A stretch of 64,000 nucleotides of DNA from the human T2T-CHM13v2.0 reference genome, Homo sapiens. Of this stretch, positions 56,251 to 64,000 are shown piece by piece. Under the pieces are notes generated by a model. The model worked only from the letters and a program-made list of their open reading frames with translations. It was not told where the DNA came from and did not search any database. Within the stretch, counting starts at the first letter, position 1, and each line of letters opens with the position of its first letter. A program made the translations under genes and the position numbers. Location: assembly GCF_009914755.1 (NCBI RefSeq), contig NC_060927.1, one strand, 5' to 3'.

Positions 56251-58921
56251 AAAATCCTGTGTGCATGTACATTTTAAAACTTTCTTCCTTTTCCTCCTAA
56301 CATCATGACATTCTGCACCACATACCCCATACCTGAGGGGAAAAGTCATATTGACCTTGCTCATCAATGGGGAAACAAGTTATAATAGAGAACAATATCA
56401 TGAAAATATGATAGATTTTTTTAAAAATTTGAGGCATGAATAACTCTTATTATGAGATGTTAGCTTAGACAGAAAATAAAGTGGCCTAGTTTAGTCACTT
56501 TCTACTAGTTCCTGCGAGTAAGTCGTCTTTTAATCTTCTAAACAACATTTTTAAAGACCATTGTATCTGGTCTTCTTTCTGAGACAGTTCCATGAAACAA
56601 CAAATTCATGATAACTTGTTCTTCACTTTTTTCCTGTAAGCTAAGAAAGGAGGGCAATTGACAGGATAAAGAATGACAACACAGGAATAAGTCAGCCAAT
56701 GGGCTTAACACTGCTTACAAAACTAGCAGAACAAAGTATAGCTTCTTTTGAAAAAAAAAGCAAAGGGGATAAGGAAGAAGGAGGTTATTGGGTCTGTTTA
56801 AACAACAAAACTATTGGCACCATATCTTCAGAATGATTAATTCTTAAATGTATGTGTATATTATAAAAGATTTGAAATTGTACAAAGTGACACTGTGTAC
56901 TGTAAGGTATACTTAAAAGATTTCTCCTCTGTATAAAAATCATATGCACCTAGACCATGTGTCTCTTGTGCCATAGAGTGTGGTGTCTTTAAGAGCACAA
57001 CAAATCATTTTCCTGCAAAGTTTGTATTTTTCAGATTTAATTGAAGCTAACAAATCTCCGCTCATCAGCACTATGAACTATGAAATACTCTTTACAAAAT
57101 AATAGCATTAATATATCTTTCCACACAAATAATTGCATTCAGATTTGGTAAACATGTTGAACTACTGTTTGGAGACTTGTGTCTGTTTATCTTTGATGAC
57201 TTTTACTATTAACTCTGTTCCAAATTTAAGAACTAATAGCAATGGAATATTATGAAATGCTCTGATTTTTTTTTCTCCAGAAAGATATAAGAGATTTTCT
57301 TTCTATATTAAAATGGAGTTAAGCTACCCTCATTTCTCAAGCGTTTTAGGTTAGGTTTCTTCTTTGTTCCACTAAAACATCTTCTGTGTATACAACATAA
57401 TTAGGGAAAACCACAACAGTTGCTTTTGGCCAGTGGGGATGTTTCAAATACTATTATTTCAAAGTGGCTTCCTTTTATTCCCCTTTCTGGCAAAAGAGTC
57501 TTTTATTAAACTCACTGCACCTCTCAATCATCCATCATCCCCCACTTCTTTTTACTCTGAAAAAATAGTGTAGAGGGAAAAAAATAAAGTTATTGGGCAG
57601 ACTTCTTATTTTCATTAATGAATGGTCAGGAATTTGGCAACTGGGTGGGAAATTGGGTTTCTGTTCCTTGAGTCAACTCACTGGAGCAAAGGCAAAAAAA
57701 AAAAAAAAAAAAGCAAAAGGAAAGAAAAAAAAAATCCACTTAGGGCTTGGCAAACAACTTTTCCTCTGGACAAGTTCCATTGGCTTGCAGCACAACTGCT
57801 GTACATCTATTAAGAGTTCCAGTGTCTATTGGTTGGGTTCATCTGCTTCAGGCATTTCTCTTTTAAGCTCAGCACTTCTTGGGCTTGTAAAAGCTCCTTG
57901 AAGGTTCAGTTTAAAGAATCTCCCTTGGTCACAAGAGTTCCTTCTGCTTGTTCCTTTATATGGCTTCCTGTTTGTGCCTGTTTATTAAATGCCCCTTTCC
58001 AAGTAACTATTGACTGTTGGAACTTTTACAGGATTCATTATGATTCATTTGATCTTCAAATGCTTGGAAAGAATCGGTGTTGGTCCTATCCTTTCTCTAT
58101 CACTTGAAGGTCTGTCTGCCCAATTAATACTTTCTCACTAGTGCACTACTAGGGTTTTCTGTGGGAAAGTTTCTATGAAATTAAGAGATATTTAGAATTT
58201 ATGAACTTTTTTCTTTCCAAGTATTTACACTTTAAAATATTGTGAAATATATTTCCCTGAGGTTTCTTGTGACTAATTTAATTTCCCTCCTTCTTTTGTT
58301 TCTTAATGATACAAACCACATGAGAAAGTCACTAAAAAATGTAGAATTATAAATCTCTCCTTAAAGCTTACATTTAATTACTTATACATAAACGTCAGTA
58401 AACCATATTTACAACTACTTAGATAATTCTGTGATGACTTTTACTAAACAAATGTATCTTTTGTTCTAACTCTAGTTATTTATACTCACAATAGTATCCA
58501 AATATAAATAGGGTTTAGAGTTTGAAAATAAAATAATTTGAATAACATTCATTATAGCATCTTTATTTTAAGAGTTACTGATTAAGTCTATTGGGGAAAA
58601 ATATATCAGCTGATAATGAGGAAACTTCCATGATATCTTTCAATATTATCATATTGTTTTAAACTCACACTATTTTTAGCTAAAGTTTAGGCTCTCTGTA
58701 TGTTAAAATATACTCTAGATATAGCATATTTAGATCTATTAGTTAGTATATAATACAAACTAAAGAATAAAGTTCATAATACATAGTATAGTGTAAACAT
58801 ACATTATTTTAGCCAGTGATACATTTGTGCTAAAATTATAAAATTATTATACAGATTGATAATATTACACTTATAAAAATTCTCAATAGACTTCAAAAAA
58901 CTTTTAATTTGGTATCTCTAA

Positions 58922-59232
58922 TTTTTCTTTTTTTTGAGACAGAGTCTTGGCTTTGTCACCCATGCTGGAGTACAGTGGCACAATCATACCTCACTGTAAA
59001 CTTGAACTCCTGGGCTCAAGCGATCCTCTCACCTAGGCCTCCGAAGTAGCTAGGACTGCAGGTGTGCACTACCACATCCAGCTAATTTTTAGTTTTAAGT
59101 TTTATTTTTTTTTTAAGAGACAGGGTCTCACTATGTTAACCAGGCTAGCCTTAAATTCCTGGCCTTCAGTGATTCTCCCCCTTGAGCCTCCCACAGTGCT
59201 GGGATTATAGGCATGCACCACCTTGCCTGGTC
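58922..59232 (-). mobile_element. AluJ
   Basis: AACTCCTGGGCTCAAGCGATCC; TSD core TCTCTAATTTT. Confidence 0.93.
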
Positions 59233-59309
59233 TGCTCTCTCTAATTTTGAAATTATTTGTAGCTGACCCTAATGCTAACCAACGCAGCACCTGATTCAGG
59301 TTTGAGGTA

Positions 59310-59630
59310 CCAGTGTCAGTGAAGGTTCTTGGGAGGAAGCGGTATCTAAATGGAGAACTGAGGGTGAGGGGAAAGAGTTGGGATAAAAAGTGCTAAAAGT
59401 GTTTTGTGACGGGAAAGCAGCACTTGTGAAAAAGAAGACAGAGCCTACTTAATAGTATGTTTGGAAAAGTAATGAGTGTGGACGTGGGCAGCAGGTTTCA
59501 AGAGAAGAGACTGTAGATATGCATAGGGCCAGATGAAGTAACACTTATAAGTCATGTTAAGAAGTTTGAACTCTATATTTTAGGAATTGAGAAGACCCTG
59601 AAGTATTCTATTATGTTTTGTTTTAAGCAG
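59310..59630 (-). mobile_element. L2 relic
   Basis: GGGAAAGCAGCACTTGTGAAAA...CATGTTAAGAAGTTTGAACTCTAT...TTTTAAGCAGG. Confidence 0.6.
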
Positions 59631-59749
59631 GTAAGTTAAGCGGGTAAGTTACAAAACCATGTTTGCATAAATATGGAAAATCATTTAATGATTTAGATCT
59701 TCTAAAGTAGGACAATGTAATATTCTACTGTGTCTTAGTCTATATATAA

Positions 59750-60106
<357 letters not shown>

Positions 60107-61119
60107 TGAGTTGCTATCAGAGCAATCTATAAAGGAGGAATGTACAAGGAGTGGTAGGATCAAGAATTCTGTAATGCAAAAGAACAGAAGGAAATTGTAT
60201 TCATTCATTTTTATTACTATTTTTCTCTTTAACAAAGATTTTAAAGTTTAAACAATGTCACAGAGAAGTCAAGAAACATTTTCCCTATCTTTGGACATTT
60301 GATCCTTTTTGTAACTTAATGTATTTCTCAAAAAAACTAAAAAGTTATAGATGATGAGGAATAACATAGGAAACTGGATTTCAGAGAAAAAAAAATTCCA
60401 TAGGCAAAAGGAGTCTGTCATTCTTTTCTTCTTTTGGTGAAAAATGTTGCTGTGTTTCATTGAATCTAAAATGCCATTAACTGCAAAACTTACCTTGGTT
60501 TCAGAATGGTTAAATGTGAATAAAAGTAACAGTATTACAAGTAATACAAACACTAAAACTACAGAAAAGGTGAAGTTACTAGGCAACTTTCTTACATTTC
60601 TGTCAGAACCAAAGCAATAGTGAAGAGTGTTGTATAAAAACAAAAGCTTATGAGAACATATGGTTGCATCCTTTTAACTTTAATTTAAACATTTGTATGC
60701 ATACACACAGCACATGCATGTGTGTGTTTGTGTTATGTGTGCATAAAGACTGAAGCTCTCAAGGGAAGATGAGGGAATGAAGAGAGGGAAAAGCATAGGG
60801 AACTGAGATGGTGTCTAATACTACCAAACAAAAATAAGCAGTAGCATTCTTATTAGCATTAATATTGAACAAACATTTGCTCAAACTGCTAAACACATCA
60901 ACAAGATTTGTCATTAGAGTTCTCTGTCACATAACAGTGATAGAAAAGCAATAAATAATGAAGCCCTCATGATGTAAAAACTGAAACTTGTCCATTTTTC
61001 ATGAGACTTTTATGAGAGTTAAGTAAAATTAGGTTAAAATACAATAAGGAAATTTGTTATAAAAAATAACTTATTTCATACGCTATTATCTCCACAAAAA
61101 TCAGAACTCCTTTTCCTAA

Positions 61120-61470
<351 letters not shown>

Positions 61471-61637
61471 TGAAATGTGGATTTTAAATGTTATATCAAG
61501 TTGAAGCCCAAATCACTGAAAAAATGACGGATAAAAATAAAGTACAAAGATTTTCAAATTATATGGAAATAACCAAAGCAAAGAGATGCAAATGTCATAG
61601 CTTCAATGGCTTAAATTATACTGTTAAAAGCAATCCT

Positions 61638-62972
61638 CAGAGACCTCAGAAATAACACCACGCATCTACAACCATCTAATCTTTGAAAAACCTGACAAAA
61701 ACAAGCAATGGGGAAACGATTCCCTATATAATAAATGGTGTTGGGAAAACTGGCAAGCCATATGCAGAAAACTGAAACTGGATCCCTTCCTTACACCTTA
61801 TACAAAAATGAACTCAAGATGGATTAAAGACTTAAAAGTAAGAGCTAAAACCATAAAAACACTAGAAGAAAACCGAGGCAATACCATTCAGGACATAGGC
61901 ATGGGCAAGGACTTCATGACTAAAACACCAAAAGCAATGGCAACAAAAGCCAAAATTGACAAATGGGATCTAATTAAACTAAAGAGCTTCTGCACAGTAA
62001 AAGAAACTACCATCAGAGTGAACAGGCAACCTACAGAATGGGAGAAAATTTTTGCAATCTATCCATCTCACAAAGGGCTTAATATCCAGAATCTATAAAG
62101 AACTTAAACAAATTTACAAGAAAAAAAAAACATCAAAAAGTGGGCAAAGGATATAAACAGACACTTTTCAAAAGAAGATATTTATGTGACCAACAAACAT
62201 ATGAAAAAAAGCTCATCATCACTGGTCATTAGAGAAACGCAAATCAAAACCACTATGAGATGCCATCACATCAGTTAGAATGATGATCATTAAAATGTCA
62301 GGAAACAACAGATGCTGGAGAGGATGTGGAGAAATAGGAACGCTTTTACACTGTTGGTGGGAGTGTCAATTAGTTCAACCATTGTGGAAGACGGTGTGGC
62401 GATTCCTCAAGGATCTAGAACCAGAAATACCATTTGACCCAGCAATCCCATTACTGGGTATATACACAAAGGATTATAAATCATTCTACTATAAAGACAC
62501 ATGCACAAATATGTTTATTGAAGCACTGTTCACAATAGCAAAGACTTGGAACCAACACAAATGCCCATCAATGATAGACTGGATACAGAAATTGTGGCAC
62601 ATATACACCATGGAATACTATGCAGCCACAAAAAAGGATGAGTTCACGTCCTTTGCAAGGACATGGATGAAGCTGGAAACCATCATTCTCAGCAAACTAA
62701 CACAGAAACAGAAAACCAAACACTGCATGTTCTCACTCATAAGTGGGAGTTGAACAATGAGAACACATGGACACAGGGAGGGGAACATCACACACCGAAG
62801 CCTCTTGAGGGTGGGAGCTAGGGGAGGGATAGCATTAGGAGAAATACCTAATGTAGATGACGGGTTGATGGGTGCAGCAAACCACCATGGCATGTGTATA
62901 CCTATGTAACAAACCTGCACGTTCTGCACATGTATCCCAGAACTTAAAGTATAGTAAAAAAAAAAAAAAAAA
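61638..62972 (+). mobile_element. 5'-truncated L1, L1PA6/7-like
   Basis: ORF2 C-terminal peptides ([19 protein letters not shown], cysteine-rich motif), 3'UTR and poly-A; TSD core AATCCT. Confidence 0.96.
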
Positions 62973-64000
62973 ATCCTGATTTTTAAAATGGGTTTCATAA
63001 TTCAGTGTTCATGTTACAAGCAACTGTCCCAGGTTGGAGTGAGATGCAAGAAAATTTGGACGCAAAAATGTAAGACATATGGTCTTGATTGCCTTTCGCA
63101 GCTACGTTAAGAGTTCAGTGTAAAGAAAAGCATTCCAAGCGCCAGCTTGCAAACTAGGTTTTTATGTGAAACTCTAATAAAACAGCAGCAGATGTTTCTA
63201 TGCTATTAATTTGTTTGGGACATTTTTGGCTGGTTCACTCCAAATCAACTGTTATCCCTTGTCCAACAACTGCAGCATTCATTTCTTTTTTTACACAGGG
63301 AGAAAGAGAAAGGAAGCTTTTCCTTTGGAATAGATACTGCACCAATTTGCTGTATGCATGGGAAAGTGAATGCCAGCATTTGTATATTTTTGAAAAAAAA
63401 TTCTCTTAGAAACTGATGGAGGGTGGTTTTCATTATTGAAGGAAAAAAAATCATCCAGCCAAATTGCTGAAGCAAAAAATGAAGTATATTATTGGTAGGT
63501 AAACATATATTGAGTAACACAGTATGCATTTTATTTTAAGGATTAATGACTTGACAAAACCTTTATTTATCTGACTTCTAACCCTGCTTATATTGATGTA
63601 CATTGTTGGTAAATCTATTCTGGTTCTGATTTACAATGGGAAAAAAAAAAAGTAATCACCCTGTAAAATTTTCACACTATCCTAGTCAATTCACTTCCAT
63701 TCCTCCTCCCCTACCCTTGTAATCCATTCTTGCTGCCCTAAAGTTCTTAAAAGATCACCTTTGCCTGGAGATAAACACCTCTTGTTAATGTTTATTTAAA
63801 CACTGAATGTTTCACCTTCAGAAAGAAAACAAAAAAGATCTTAAAAAATAAAATAAAGCCTTTCCTTACCTTAGTAATTTTCCTACTTTCAATCAACCTG
63901 CTCAAGAAAAAGGACAAAACTGGGAAGAAATCAAAGTGCCAGTTGATTGTTTCCAGTGAGGCCAAATGTGTTCACTCCTAACCAGTTACCCTCTGTAACT

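Noticed and set aside
61808-62998. 96-157 aa ORFs with Cys/Trp-rich motifs (also 30705-33181)
   Set aside because: L1 ORF2 and 3'UTR translations in truncated copies

Overview
Hominid (most likely human) genomic DNA: AT-rich, CpG-poor and dominated by repeats, consistent with a very large intron or an intergenic region. No intact multi-exon or single-exon CDS, rRNA, tRNA or CRISPR array is supportable; nearly all ORFs in the track are Alu/L1/THE1 fragments or chance. Contents: about 20 Alus (J, S, Y), several L1s, two THE1 solo LTRs with perfect 5-bp TSDs, an MLT1 LTR, MER5 DNA transposons, MIR/L2 relics, microsatellites and a decayed RPS12 processed pseudogene (11888-12381). I found no evidence of a new multi-gene biological system. 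The items worth follow-up are: (1) a CpG-retaining, structured, minus-strand exon candidate at 16815/16848-16860 with a CACTAAC branch point and two competing donors 33 nt apart; (2) a young L1PA2-type insertion with an apparent ~310-bp 3' transduction (21306-21933); (3) a twin-primed inverted L1 (30667-33233) sharing several apparently non-consensus variants with a second L1 30 kb away; (4) two short local duplications (11200/13345 and 51088/51795); (5) a trimeric AluY inserted tail-to-tail into an AluJ. Subfamily calls come from remembered consensus sequences and need RepeatMasker/Dfam confirmation; boundaries of old repeats are approximate.
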